A stretch of DNA of 64,000 bases from Longimicrobiales bacterium (lineage in GTDB: Bacteria; Gemmatimonadota; Gemmatimonadetes; Longimicrobiales; Gaopeijiaceae): the NCBI GenBank assembly GCA_965116905.1, contig OZ220732.1, forward strand, positions 576,001 through 640,000. The letters are read 5' to 3'. The notes under the pieces are model-generated. The model searched no databases, was not told the origin of the DNA, and worked only from the letters and a program-made list of their open reading frames with translations. Shown here piece by piece: positions 19,950 through 29,603 of this stretch. Each line of letters begins with the position of its first letter. The first letter of the stretch is position 1. The translations under genes and the position numbers were made by a program.

Positions 19950-20414
19950 TTACTCCCCGAGGCTGTGGCGCCGACGCCGTTCCGGCACGCGAGGCACCGT
20001 CTCGAACCCGGCCTGAGAGAAATGGCGATCGGTCGTCAGGGCCCTGGCCAGACCCAGTTCCTGCATCACGACGAAGCTTGTGCAATCGGTAAACGAGAAG
20101 TCCCTGTCGGTCCACTCGAAGAAGCGCGTCCGGGCTTTCTCGGCCCGCGAGGCATCGATGCGTTCCCAGCGGATCCGGGAACTGGCGTCGATCTGGGCCC
20201 ACCACTCCTCGGCCGCACGCAGCCCCAGCCGAACCCGAATGAGCGTCAGCGTCTCGTCGATCACATAGTCGGTCGAGACCAGGATCCCCCCGCTCTCCAG
20301 GCACACGTCGCGTTCCCGACGGCTGGCTTGATGCGCCGGGTCAGCGGCGTCGGCCATGGCCATCCAGCCGGCCGTGTCGACGAAGAGCGCCCGGCCGCTC
20401 GGTGGGCTACTCAC
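19950..20414 (-). CDS. vapC: Type II TA toxin, VapC/PIN domain (VapC20-like)
   Basis: LFVDTAGW, STDYVIDET, FSFTDCTSFVVM, LTTDRHF. GTG start overlaps the antitoxin end (alternative ATG at 20426). Confidence 0.9.
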   Translation of the reverse strand: MSSPPSGRALFVDTAGWMAMADAADPAHQASRRERDVCLESGGILVSTDYVIDETLTLIRVRLGLRAAEEWWAQIDASSRIRWERIDASRAEKARTRFFEWTDRDFSFTDCTSFVVMQELGLARALTTDRHFSQAGFETVPRVPERRRRHSLGE

Positions 20415-20661
20415 CACCCCGACCATACAGAATCCGGTCGTGATCCGCAGAGATCAGCCCGTCGGTCGACTGGCCCACCGCTTCCGCCCCGTAGAGCGAA
20501 TCGTCCTCCAGGGGGCCGAGAGCGACTCCGCCATGCAGCGGCACGATCCGAAAGGCCGGGCGGCTCCGGTAGAGCACGGTGAAGTGCTCTCCGCGTTTCA
20601 CCCGCTCGATGACACGCCTCATTTCGTGCCGCAGCGTCTTGACGTTGATGGTGTTGGACAT
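20407..20661 (-). CDS. Type II TA antitoxin, Phd/YefM family
   Basis: INVKTLRHEMRRVIERVKRGEHFTVLYRSRPAFRIVP. Confidence 0.85.
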   Translation of the reverse strand: MSNTINVKTLRHEMRRVIERVKRGEHFTVLYRSRPAFRIVPLHGGVALGPLEDDSLYGAEAVGQSTDGLISADHDRILYGRGGE

Positions 20662-20803
20662 CGGCGAACCCCCGGACGCTGCCTGGTGAGCGACTAAAGA
20701 TAAACTTAAGATAACCTTTGGTGATTGGTTGCGCGCCAAGCTACCTCGATTCTAGCGTACTCCCCGAGAGCTTTCGATCCTGTCGCGCCGCAAAGGAGAT
20801 CCC

Positions 20804-20902
20804 ATGTCTACGTTCGTGCTGGTTCGTCGTGTCCAGGCATCGGACACCGAGGCGTGCGGATCTCGCACAGCACTTCCTGCGGAGCAGGGCGCTTGCCGCT
20901 AG
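20804..20902 (+). CDS. Putative 32-aa leader ORF overlapping the erm-like start out of frame
   Basis: AAAGGAG RBS at 20792-20798, ATG at 20804; MSTFVLVRRVQASDTEACGSRTALPAEQGACR*. Confidence 0.5.
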   Translation: MSTFVLVRRVQASDTEACGSRTALPAEQGACR

Positions 20903-21626
20903 CCTGATCGCTCAGGCCCCCGTCGAACGAAGCGACCTGGTCGTCGAGATCGGGCCGGGCCGCGGCATTCTCACTCGAGAACTGGCACGCCGCTGTCGCA
21001 AGGTCGTCGCGGTGGAGTTCGACGGAGTGCTGGCGGACGCGCTTCGCACACGCTTCCTGAGTGACAACCGCGTCACGATCGTCACGGCCGACATCCTGCG
21101 TTTTGGGCTGCCCGATGTCCCCTACAAGGTTCTGGGGAACATTCCGTTCAATCGGACCGCCGCGATCGTGCGGCGGCTCGCCCAGGCCGATGCTCCGCCA
21201 CAGGACGCCTATCTCGTGGTCCAGCGTGAAGCGGCGGAACGATTCGCCGGAGGTCCCTTTTCCCGGGAGACCCGGTCCTCGCTGTTGCTCAAGCCGTGGT
21301 GGCAAATCGAAATCGCGCGGCGCCTTCGCCGTACCGACTTCGATCCCCCTCCCTCCGTCGACGCCGTCGCCCTATGGCTTGCCCGTCGAACGAGGCCACT
21401 CGTGGACCGATCCCGGGCCGCGGACTACCGTCGCTTCATCCGGACTTGCTTCGGTCGCGATGGTCAGTCGATCAGACGATGTCTGCGACCCGAGTTCACG
21501 CGAACGCAGATCCACCGATTGAGTCGGGATCTGAGGTTCGATCCGTCGGGGCCACCTTCAAACCTCATCTTCGACCAATGGCTCGGGCTGTTCAGATTCC
21601 GCGGGCTCAGGCCGGACTCAGGATGA
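20829..21626 (+). CDS. Erm-like rRNA adenine N6-methyltransferase (RrnaAD family)
   Basis: LAQHFL, VVEIGPGRG, GNIPFNRT, LVVQREAA, DFDPPPSVD; NIPFN is more Erm-like than KsgA-like. Start uncertain. Confidence 0.8.
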   Translation: MSRHRTPRRADLAQHFLRSRALAASLIAQAPVERSDLVVEIGPGRGILTRELARRCRKVVAVEFDGVLADALRTRFLSDNRVTIVTADILRFGLPDVPYKVLGNIPFNRTAAIVRRLAQADAPPQDAYLVVQREAAERFAGGPFSRETRSSLLLKPWWQIEIARRLRRTDFDPPPSVDAVALWLARRTRPLVDRSRAADYRRFIRTCFGRDGQSIRRCLRPEFTRTQIHRLSRDLRFDPSGPPSNLIFDQWLGLFRFRGLRPDSG

Positions 21627-22778
21627 CCCAGGCCCGAATATCATCTTCACGATCTCGGGAACACCCAGTTCGTCCGTCGCCGCCCCCAACGCCACATCGC
21701 CGCGAATCGCGCCGTAGTCCAGAGCTACTTCCCGCGGCCAAGCCGCATTGAACAGCAGCTCGCCTCCGGCAGAGTAGACATGCGCTGTCGCGAGCGAGTC
21801 TCCGTCCTCGCCCCAGAGTTGAACCCAGAGCCGGTTGTCCTGATCGAACCACAGATCTTCTATTGGCGGCTTTCGCTCGGGGACTTCGAACGGTGCCCAC
21901 TCGACCGGTGTTGGCTGTTGCCGATAGGCGGCGGCGACGCTGTCCATCCGGGATTCCTCGCGTCGACGTTCCGCGGTCGACACGAGCGGCCCCGCACGGT
22001 CCCTGCGGATGGTGCCTGTCTGGACGCCCGCAGCGGTGAACAGGTCGACCTCATATAGCCAGGTGACGACCCTCGCGTATTCGCCGGCTGCCGAGGTGGC
22101 CAGCAGGTCGAACGGCGCGAACGGACCTGGGAGGGCTGGGTACATTACCTCGACTCGGCCGTCGCTGAAGGTCGCCGTCATCCAGTGGTGCCCCAGTTCC
22201 TCCGCATCCAGCGCCGCAGGCAGCGTGTCTTCACGCAGAACGGTCCCCGCCACGTCCAGCCAGACCCGAACACCGTGCAACCCCGTCTCGTACGAGCGCA
22301 GACCGACTTCACCATTCGGCGCGAACACCGGGGTGCTCCCCACTTCGTCGAACGACATCGACCTGACGTACGGCGCTCCGGCTACGGCGGGCGAAAAGAC
22401 CTCGTAGTCCCGGTACGTATTCACCCAGAGCTCACCACTCGGGGCGATGGCGACGCCCGAGACCTGCGAAAACTCCCCCGGACCTTCGCCGGTTCCGCCA
22501 ATCGTCCCGACAAACTGTCCATTCCCCGCATACAACGTGATCCGCGGGCCAATCCCGTCCGCAACCACAAATCGGGAATCGGGGAGTAGAGCCAGGTCTC
22601 TCACGTCGGCGAACAGGTAGTCCGGATCGTCCGTGTTCTTTCCCAAACGGAACTCGACGGACGCCACCCTTCGGTTCCCACGGATCGAGTCTTCGGATTC
22701 CCCCGCGCCGGTCGATTCCAACTCCGAATCGCAGGCCGCCGCAGCAACCATGATCAGGGCGCACCGGGCACACTGCAT
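21618..22778 (-). CDS. 6-bladed beta-propeller (NHL-like) lipoprotein
   Basis: TGATG overlap with the DUF1801 gene; lipobox AAAC; IGGTGEGPGEF; DQDNRLWV; DELGVP. Confidence 0.82.
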   Translation of the reverse strand: MQCARCALIMVAAAACDSELESTGAGESEDSIRGNRRVASVEFRLGKNTDDPDYLFADVRDLALLPDSRFVVADGIGPRITLYAGNGQFVGTIGGTGEGPGEFSQVSGVAIAPSGELWVNTYRDYEVFSPAVAGAPYVRSMSFDEVGSTPVFAPNGEVGLRSYETGLHGVRVWLDVAGTVLREDTLPAALDAEELGHHWMTATFSDGRVEVMYPALPGPFAPFDLLATSAAGEYARVVTWLYEVDLFTAAGVQTGTIRRDRAGPLVSTAERRREESRMDSVAAAYRQQPTPVEWAPFEVPERKPPIEDLWFDQDNRLWVQLWGEDGDSLATAHVYSAGGELLFNAAWPREVALDYGAIRGDVALGAATDELGVPEIVKMIFGPGSS

Positions 22779-23188
22779 CAAAACAGCTCCTCCCCCGGCA
22801 GCCCCGACGCCTGTTCCAGCCAGCTGACCAGCAACTCCTCGTCGGGCTCGTCCCCCTCGTGGATGTGGAAGTACCGCACGTGCTCGTACTTGGAGGTCAC
22901 CGGAGGCACGGGCCGCAGCGAGCCGCCGTTGAGGAAGGTCACCTTGATGTACTTCGTGAAGCAGTGGAAGGAGAGGAACCAGCCCCGGTCCTCGATCCCG
23001 TAGAACGGCGAGTTCCACCGGACCGCCTTGCGGACCTCGGGCACGCTGCGCTCAACAAGCGCGTCGAGCTGGCGGCCGACCTCGCGCTTCCAGCCCGGCA
23101 TCGCCGCGATGTAGGCCTGCACGGGCCCGTCCCCGTCACCTTTCGGGATCTGCGGATTCCCGCCCGAGAGGAGTTTCGGCTTCCCCAC
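22778..23188 (-). CDS. DUF1801 (YdhG-like) domain protein
   Basis: LLSGGNPQIPKGDGDGPVQAYIAAMPGWK...KAVRWNSPFYG pattern. Confidence 0.8.
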   Translation of the reverse strand: MGKPKLLSGGNPQIPKGDGDGPVQAYIAAMPGWKREVGRQLDALVERSVPEVRKAVRWNSPFYGIEDRGWFLSFHCFTKYIKVTFLNGGSLRPVPPVTSKYEHVRYFHIHEGDEPDEELLVSWLEQASGLPGEELF

Positions 23189-23228
23189 CGGAAGTCAGCC
23201 CGCCCTGGCCACAGCTCGCCGCCGACCC

Positions 23229-25256
23229 TCAGCTCGCCGCCGGCATCACCCGGTACTTCTCGAACCACGCCACGATGTTCGCGATCTTGGCCATCAGCTG
23301 ACTCGGGCGCCGGCTCATGTCGTGCGACGCGCCGGGCAGCCGGATCACCGCGGTGTCGATCCCGCGCATCTTGAGCGCGTGGAACATCTGGTAGGACTCG
23401 GACAGCGGCGTCCGCAGGTCTTCCTCGCCGGTGATGATCATCGTCGGCGTGGTCACGTTCCCGACCAGCGACAGCGGCGAGAACCTCCAGTACGGCTCCG
23501 GGTCCTCCCACGGCAGCCCCTCGTAGCGGCTGTGGTAGTAGCCGTACCAGTTGTCGGCAGTCAGCGTCTTGCTGATCCAGTTGACGACGGGCTTCTGAGA
23601 CACCGCCGCGCGGAACCGGTCCGTCTTGCCCACGATCCACGCGGTCATGATCCCGCCCGCGCTGCCACCGGTCACAAACAGGTTGTTCTCGTCGACGTAG
23701 CCTTCCGCAATCACCGCATCCACGCCCGAGATCAGGTCGTCGTAGTCCTGGCCGGGGTAGTTGTGGTAGAGCAGGTCGCCGAACTCTTCGCCGTAACTTG
23801 TGCTCCCCCTCGGGTTGGCATAGAGCACGACGTAGCCTGCGGAAGCCAGAAGCTGCATCTCGGCCGAGAACCTGTCGCCGTAGTTCGACACCGGCCCGCC
23901 GTGGATCTCCAGGATCAGGGGATAGCGACGATTCGCGTCGAAGTCGGGCGGCTTGACTATCCAGCCCTGGACCGGGCGTCCGTCGTAGGACGACTCCCAC
24001 CAGATCTCCTCGACCTCGCCGAGGGTCCTGTTGGCGAGCAGGTCGCTGTTGAGGTCGGTGATGGTGCGGGCGTCGGCGCCGGGCCTGCCCACCGCGAGTT
24101 CGCCGGGCATGTCCGGGCGGGTCTGGTTGAGCGCGAAGGTGCCGTCGTTCGCGACCGAGAACGAGCCGCCGCCATAGGGACGCCCGTACGAAGTGCCGCC
24201 CAGGTCGCCCGCGAGGACCTCGGTGTCGCCGTCGAGCGTGGCGAATCCGACCTTGGAGTTGCCCTCGTGGTCGTACTGGAAGTAGACGCCGCTGCCGTCG
24301 GCGGCCCACACGGGGCTGGAGACGCTGCGGTCGAGGCCGGCGGTGAGAGTGCGGTGGCCGCCGCCGTCCAGATTCATGACCTGCAGCCGGCTGACCTGGT
24401 AGGTGCGGGTGCGGTCCTCGTAGCCCACGAATGCGATCTGGCGGCCGTCCGGGGAGACTGCGGGGCTGCCGTCAGGGCCCGGGCGGTCGGTGAGCGCACG
24501 GATATCGCCGGTCTGCACCGAAGCGATGTACAACTCCGAGTTTCGGTAGTCGAGGACGTCCGGGTTGCGGTTCGCGGACAAGACGAGGTGGATCCCGTCG
24601 GGATGCCACGCGGCCGCGCTCGAGTGCTGAAAGTCACCCGACGTGACCTGCGTGGGGGTCCCGCCGTCGACCGGGATCACGAAGATGTGGCTGTAGCCGA
24701 AATCGAGGTACCCGACGCCGTCCTGACGGCTCTTGAAGCGGTCCTCCATGATCGGCGGAGCGGCCCACTCGGCGCCCGCAGGCGGCCTCGGCGGCGTGGC
24801 CAGGCTCGGCGGCGGATACGGCACCAGCATGTTGAACGCGATGTGGCGGCCGTCCGGCGACCAGCGCAACCCGCTCGGCGATTCGGTGAGCTGGGTGAGC
24901 GCCGCGGTCTCGCCCGTGTCCATCCAGCGCAGGTGGATCTGGCCGCCGGCGGTGTAGGCGATGCGCGTGCCATCGGGCGACCAGCGCGGGGAGCCGCCTT
25001 CGCCCAGGCGGCGGTGGTCGGAGCCGTCGGCGTCGATGATCCACAGCTCGGAGCGCTTGCGGTCCCGCATGATGTCCATCGCAGTGCGGATGTACACGAC
25101 CTGGCTGCCGTCGGGCGAGATCTGCGGGTCGGCCGCGTACTCGAGCTGGAAGACGTCCATGGGCTCGAAGCGGGACTGGGCGTGGGTGGGGGCGGCGGGC
25201 GCGGCCGCGGCGGCTGCGGCAACGAGGGTGGCGACGAGGAAGGTGCGGTTGGTCAT
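23229..25256 (-). CDS. Secreted S9 family peptidase (acylaminoacyl/dipeptidyl peptidase)
   Basis: Signal peptide; PD40-like repeats; IHGGP, NPRGS, GGSAGG nucleophile, GEEDLRTP, GASH. Confidence 0.92.
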   Translation of the reverse strand: MTNRTFLVATLVAAAAAAAPAAPTHAQSRFEPMDVFQLEYAADPQISPDGSQVVYIRTAMDIMRDRKRSELWIIDADGSDHRRLGEGGSPRWSPDGTRIAYTAGGQIHLRWMDTGETAALTQLTESPSGLRWSPDGRHIAFNMLVPYPPPSLATPPRPPAGAEWAAPPIMEDRFKSRQDGVGYLDFGYSHIFVIPVDGGTPTQVTSGDFQHSSAAAWHPDGIHLVLSANRNPDVLDYRNSELYIASVQTGDIRALTDRPGPDGSPAVSPDGRQIAFVGYEDRTRTYQVSRLQVMNLDGGGHRTLTAGLDRSVSSPVWAADGSGVYFQYDHEGNSKVGFATLDGDTEVLAGDLGGTSYGRPYGGGSFSVANDGTFALNQTRPDMPGELAVGRPGADARTITDLNSDLLANRTLGEVEEIWWESSYDGRPVQGWIVKPPDFDANRRYPLILEIHGGPVSNYGDRFSAEMQLLASAGYVVLYANPRGSTSYGEEFGDLLYHNYPGQDYDDLISGVDAVIAEGYVDENNLFVTGGSAGGIMTAWIVGKTDRFRAAVSQKPVVNWISKTLTADNWYGYYHSRYEGLPWEDPEPYWRFSPLSLVGNVTTPTMIITGEEDLRTPLSESYQMFHALKMRGIDTAVIRLPGASHDMSRRPSQLMAKIANIVAWFEKYRVMPAAS

Positions 25257-25339
25257 GGCATTACTGTGGCTCGGGAATCGGGTGGAGTGTCCCCAAGGTT
25301 CCCAACAAAGGCGTGGCGGGCAACCGGGGGGGAAGCGAA

Positions 25340-25600
25340 TCAACGCGCCCGGTACGCCTCGCCCCGGCTCCGCACACGCACCACCAGAATCACCAATTCG
25401 CCGTCCAACACCTCGTACAGGACCCTATAGCGGCCGACCCTAATCCGGCGAAGTCCTCGCAATTCCCCCTTCAGCGCAGTCCCCGCGAGGGGCTGGTTGC
25501 CCAGTCCGTCGATCGCCCGCACGATGCGAACCCGATCAGCGCGGGGGATCCTGGCCAGCTCCCTGGCAGCGCTGCGCTTAATCCGAATCGAGTAGCTCAC
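25340..25600 (-). CDS. relE: Type II TA toxin, RelE/ParE family
   Basis: YSIRIKRSAAREL...LKGELRGLRRIRVGRYRVLY...RGEAYR. Confidence 0.9.
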   Translation of the reverse strand: MSYSIRIKRSAARELARIPRADRVRIVRAIDGLGNQPLAGTALKGELRGLRRIRVGRYRVLYEVLDGELVILVVRVRSRGEAYRAR

Positions 25601-25799
25601 GCCTGACTTCGTCCCAATCGAGAACGGGATCAGAGGGATCGCGAAGTCGTTCCAGGGCTACGGCAATATCGTCGTAGTCCGCCAGATAGCGCTGCAACGC
25701 CTCGCGGACGACCTGCGCGCGGCTTCGCCTTAGGCGCGCCGCGGCCTCATCCAGCGCATCGACAACCGGCTGGGGTACTCGTGCGGTAATCTGGCTCAT
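25578..25799 (-). CDS. Antitoxin, CopG/RHH family
   Basis: QITARVP...LDEAA..LRRSRAQVVREAL...LDWDEVRREL; overlaps the relE start. Confidence 0.88.
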   Translation of the reverse strand: MSQITARVPQPVVDALDEAAARLRRSRAQVVREALQRYLADYDDIAVALERLRDPSDPVLDWDEVRRELLDSD

Positions 25800-25817
25800 G
25801 TGCTTTCCCAGGGTGCA

Positions 25818-25858
25818 GTAATGTCATCGCAATTGATGTCATGTGATGTAATGGCATT
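25818..25858. promoter_or_regulatory. AT-rich promoter/operator region with repeated atgtcat-like boxes
   Basis: aatgtcat, gatgtcat, gatgtaat and aatggcat clustered upstream of the RHH antitoxin. Confidence 0.5.
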
Positions 25859-25975
25859 CAACCATGCGATCGAATGACCTCCGTTGTCAAGTGGATGGTC
25901 GTGTCTCGCAGCGATGGACTCGTGGCGTTACGATGCTGCCAAGGTCAGCCAGGCACCCCGTCGTCCAGGATCGAT

Positions 25976-28642
25976 ATGATGAAGACAGCAATGAAGTGGC
26001 CGGTCTCGGTCCGCATGGCCTCAGGCGCCGCAGTGCTAGCACTTGCTGCTAGCACGCCCGCCGCCACCGCCCAGCAGTACGAATACCCCGACCCCTTCCC
26101 GGGCGGCTACCCGAACCTCTCGGGCGCGAGCGGCGCGGGCCGGATGTACATGGAGAGCTACTTCCCGCCGCCGGTCACCGCGTCGCCCACCTACCCGGCG
26201 TGGTCCCCCGACGGCGGGTCGATCGCGTTTGCGTATCAGGGGCGCATCTGGGTGGTGCCGGTCGAGGGAGGTACGGCGCGCCAGGTCACCAGCGGCCCCG
26301 GGTATCACTCGCAGCCGAGCTGGTCGCCCGACGGCGCCCACATCGCGTACGCGGCCGACATCGACCGCAACTTCGACATCTTCGTCGTCGAGGTGGGAGC
26401 GGGCGGCAGTGGCGCCATAGGCGAGCCGCGCCGCCTCACCACGCACCCGTTCCTCGACCTGCGCCCGCGCTGGTCGCCCGACGGCGGCCGCATCCTCTTC
26501 ACCACCGAGCGCGACGGCACCTTCGACCTGTGGGCGTACGACATGGAGCGCGGCGAGGCCGAGGCCGTGATCGCCGACCCGCAGGCCAACGACATGGCCG
26601 GGGACTGGGTCGGCAGCACCGGGGATATCGTATTCGTGTCGCGGCGGGGCAAGGCCGCGCTCGGCTCCGGTTCCCTCTGGAGATGGCGTTCCGGCACTGG
26701 AGAGGTGGAACTCCTTCTGCGCATCGAGACCAACTACCAGGCGGCGCCGGTCGTCGCCCCGCATGGGGGCATCGTCTCTTACATCACGGACTCCTCGGGG
26801 AACAACGACATCTACGCCGTCCCCAGCGAGGAATCGCCCCGCGGCATCCAGCCCGTGCGGCTCACGCACACGCGCACGGACGAGTACTTCCCGTCGTGGT
26901 CACCCGACGGCGGCCACATCGTGTACGCGCGCAACGGAGGGACCGACGACCAGCCCCGCACCATCGACAGCGGCATGGGGTTCGGGCTCTACGTCATCAC
27001 GCGGGGCGGCGGCGAGCCCAGGCGGGTGCGGATCGACGACTACGCGTGGTCCGAGCCCACCGGCCGGGTGCGGGTGCGCGTCAGTGACTCCGCCGGCGAG
27101 CTTCTGCCGTCGCGCATCTACCTGACCGGCGCCGACGCCCGGGCCTACTTCCCCCACGGCAGCTATCCCCGCGTCGTCAGCGTCACCGAGGACTACTACT
27201 TCCACAGCGACGGCAGCTTCACGGCGACTCTGCCCGTGGGTGAGGCGAGCCTCGAGGTCTGGCGGGGCTTCGAATATGAGCCCGTCTCGCGCTCGGTCGA
27301 GGTGCGGGCGGGCGAGCACACCACCATCGAGGTCCAGCTCGACCGCTGGATCGACATGGCGGCGGACGGCTGGTACTCGGGCGACAACCACATCCATCCC
27401 AACTACGGCGGCCACTACTTCGTGACCCCCGAGGACCTCCGCAACAAGGCCCACGCCGAGGATCTGAACGTGGCGAACGGCATGATCGCCAACTACTGGG
27501 GCAACAGCCGGGTCGAGGACCTGGAGCACTTCCTCGGGCATCCGCATCCGCACGGCGGTCCGCGCACGATCGTCTACTACAACGAGGAGTACCGGCCGAG
27601 CTTCTTCGCGCACCTCTCGCTCCTGAACCTGGTCGAGCTGATCACCCCCTTCTACATCGGCTCGGTGGGGACCGCGCACCATGCCCTCTACCCTGACAAC
27701 GCGTCTGTGCTTCGCAGGGTGCATGAGCAGGGCGGCATTGGCGGATACGTCCACCCCTTCGGGCTACAGCATCGCGATCTGGACGCGGCGGGGGTCGGAT
27801 ACGCGCGCGAGCTGCCCGTCGACGCGGTTCTCGGCCTGGCGGACTTCGTGGATGTGGCATGTATCTGGAGCGACGAACTCGGGACGGCCGAGGTGTGGTA
27901 CCGACTCCTCAACACGGGCTCGCGCATTCCGGGGACCGCCGGCACGGACGTCATGTCGGATATCTGGCGGCACCCCGCGGTGGGCGCCACGCGGACGTAT
28001 GTCTACACCGGGGAGGATCACCTGCACTACGACGCGTGGGCCGACGCGATGGCTGCGGGACGAGCGTTCGTGACGAGCGGGCCGATCATGACGCTGGAGG
28101 TGGCAGGGCCTGCGGGCGGCTCTGGCGGCGAGGGAGGCGGCGAGGACGGCGGCGAGGGCGGCGGCGCCCCCAGGGGGATGGGCGAGGAGCTGGCGGTGTC
28201 GCGCGGCGATGTGGTCACGGTGCGGGCGACGGCGCGGTCGCTGTTCGTGATGCACGGGCTGGAGATCGTGCAGAACGGGCGGATCGTGCACAGGGTGGAG
28301 GCCGCGGGCGACGGGCGGTCGATCGACGCCGAGCTGGAGATTCCGGTCGAGGGGAGCGGGTGGATCGCGGCGCGGGCGCTGGGGCCGGCGCAGCACGGTG
28401 CCATGGACAGCTACCTCTTCGCGCACACCAACCCCGTCTTCGTCATCGCGGACGGCGAGCCGATCCGGTCGCGGGACGACGCGGCGTTCTTCGTGCGGTG
28501 GATCGATCACGTGCTGCTTGAGTTGAGCGTGATGGACCGCTGGGACGACCCGGCGCACAAGGCGGAGGTGCTGGCCACGTTCGAAGAGGGCCGGCGGTTG
28601 TACCAGGCGCAGGTGGACGCGCTGGGGGGGAGCGGGAAGTAG
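25976..28642 (+). CDS. Secreted TolB/PD40-propeller + CehA/McbA-like (PHP-fold) metallohydrolase
   Basis: Signal peptide; repeated WSPDG motifs; GWYSGDNHIH, WYRLLNTG, AGTD, FVTSGP and AHTNP motifs. Start could be 25991. Confidence 0.82.
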   Translation: MMKTAMKWPVSVRMASGAAVLALAASTPAATAQQYEYPDPFPGGYPNLSGASGAGRMYMESYFPPPVTASPTYPAWSPDGGSIAFAYQGRIWVVPVEGGTARQVTSGPGYHSQPSWSPDGAHIAYAADIDRNFDIFVVEVGAGGSGAIGEPRRLTTHPFLDLRPRWSPDGGRILFTTERDGTFDLWAYDMERGEAEAVIADPQANDMAGDWVGSTGDIVFVSRRGKAALGSGSLWRWRSGTGEVELLLRIETNYQAAPVVAPHGGIVSYITDSSGNNDIYAVPSEESPRGIQPVRLTHTRTDEYFPSWSPDGGHIVYARNGGTDDQPRTIDSGMGFGLYVITRGGGEPRRVRIDDYAWSEPTGRVRVRVSDSAGELLPSRIYLTGADARAYFPHGSYPRVVSVTEDYYFHSDGSFTATLPVGEASLEVWRGFEYEPVSRSVEVRAGEHTTIEVQLDRWIDMAADGWYSGDNHIHPNYGGHYFVTPEDLRNKAHAEDLNVANGMIANYWGNSRVEDLEHFLGHPHPHGGPRTIVYYNEEYRPSFFAHLSLLNLVELITPFYIGSVGTAHHALYPDNASVLRRVHEQGGIGGYVHPFGLQHRDLDAAGVGYARELPVDAVLGLADFVDVACIWSDELGTAEVWYRLLNTGSRIPGTAGTDVMSDIWRHPAVGATRTYVYTGEDHLHYDAWADAMAAGRAFVTSGPIMTLEVAGPAGGSGGEGGGEDGGEGGGAPRGMGEELAVSRGDVVTVRATARSLFVMHGLEIVQNGRIVHRVEAAGDGRSIDAELEIPVEGSGWIAARALGPAQHGAMDSYLFAHTNPVFVIADGEPIRSRDDAAFFVRWIDHVLLELSVMDRWDDPAHKAEVLATFEEGRRLYQAQVDALGGSGK

Positions 28643-28644
28643 GC

Positions 28645-29475
28645 CTACGCCTCGACTCCCTCCAGGAACGCCCGCATCTCCGGCACCATGATTGCCGGAT
28701 CCAGGATCGCGGCCGTCTCGGCGCCCGGGATTTCGCGCACCGCCCAGCCCATGGCCTCCAGTGCTGGCCGGGCCTCACGCAGCCGCTCGACCAGCCGCAG
28801 CGGAATACCCGCCACCGAGCTTTCCGCGTTCGCGCCGATGAGGGCCAGCCGGGGACAGGTGATGGCCGCCGCGACCTCCGCTTCGGGCCAATCCTGCATG
28901 CCGGCGTAGAAGGTGCGCCACTGCGCGTACTGCTCCCGGTTGCGAAGGATCACCATGGCGTGGGGTGGGGGCTCGGCAAGCTGCATTTCGCCTCCGCGCA
29001 GCATGTCGGCGTACGGTGCGCCGAGCGGCGGCCAGGTGCCGCAGATCAGCGCCGAGAGCCGGTCCGAGCGCGACGCCAGCATGAGGCCGCTGATCGCGCC
29101 CCAGAGGTGGCCGCAGTAGGCGAAGCGGTCGAATCCGGCGGCGTCGGCAACGGCCAGGAGGTCGGAATAGACGCGGTTCGGCGTCATCTCGGCGGGTGCC
29201 GGCACCATGGTCCTGCCGACGTTCGGGTAGTCGACGAGCAGGACGCGGTAGCGATCGGTGAGGCGGCCCAGGAACCCGTCCTTCACGGCCCCCTGCTCCT
29301 GGCCGAAGATCTCGGCGTAGGACGCCATCAGGGGGAAGCCGAGGAAGAGGGGAACGCCGTCTTCGGGTCCGTGCACCTCGAAATGGATGAGGTGTTGCTC
29401 TGCGCTCCGACAGTTGGCGAGCGCAGTTCCGGCAGCGAAGGTGGCCGAAGTGCGGATGAAGTCGCGTCGGTTCAT
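28645..29475 (-). CDS. Tat-exported alpha/beta-hydrolase-fold protein with a degenerate active site
   Basis: MNRRDF signal; RYRVLLVDY; the nucleophile elbow reads GHLWG instead of GxSxG. Confidence 0.75.
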   Translation of the reverse strand: MNRRDFIRTSATFAAGTALANCRSAEQHLIHFEVHGPEDGVPLFLGFPLMASYAEIFGQEQGAVKDGFLGRLTDRYRVLLVDYPNVGRTMVPAPAEMTPNRVYSDLLAVADAAGFDRFAYCGHLWGAISGLMLASRSDRLSALICGTWPPLGAPYADMLRGGEMQLAEPPPHAMVILRNREQYAQWRTFYAGMQDWPEAEVAAAITCPRLALIGANAESSVAGIPLRLVERLREARPALEAMGWAVREIPGAETAAILDPAIMVPEMRAFLEGVEA

Positions 29476-29603
29476 GAGAGAGACAGGGAAGCAACAGGAC
29501 GATTGGCCGATTCAGCCATTCTAACGCCCCTGATTCCGCTGACGTTAGTCATCCGGCAACCATTGCCGCCCGCCCCCGCACCTGAAGGAGTCAGAATCCA
29601 CCC

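Noticed and set aside
29570..29600. gcacctgaaggag resembles part of a glycine riboswitch
   Set aside because: The other conserved elements (GGAGA, CTCTCAGG) are missing, and the downstream gene is an Rpn nuclease.
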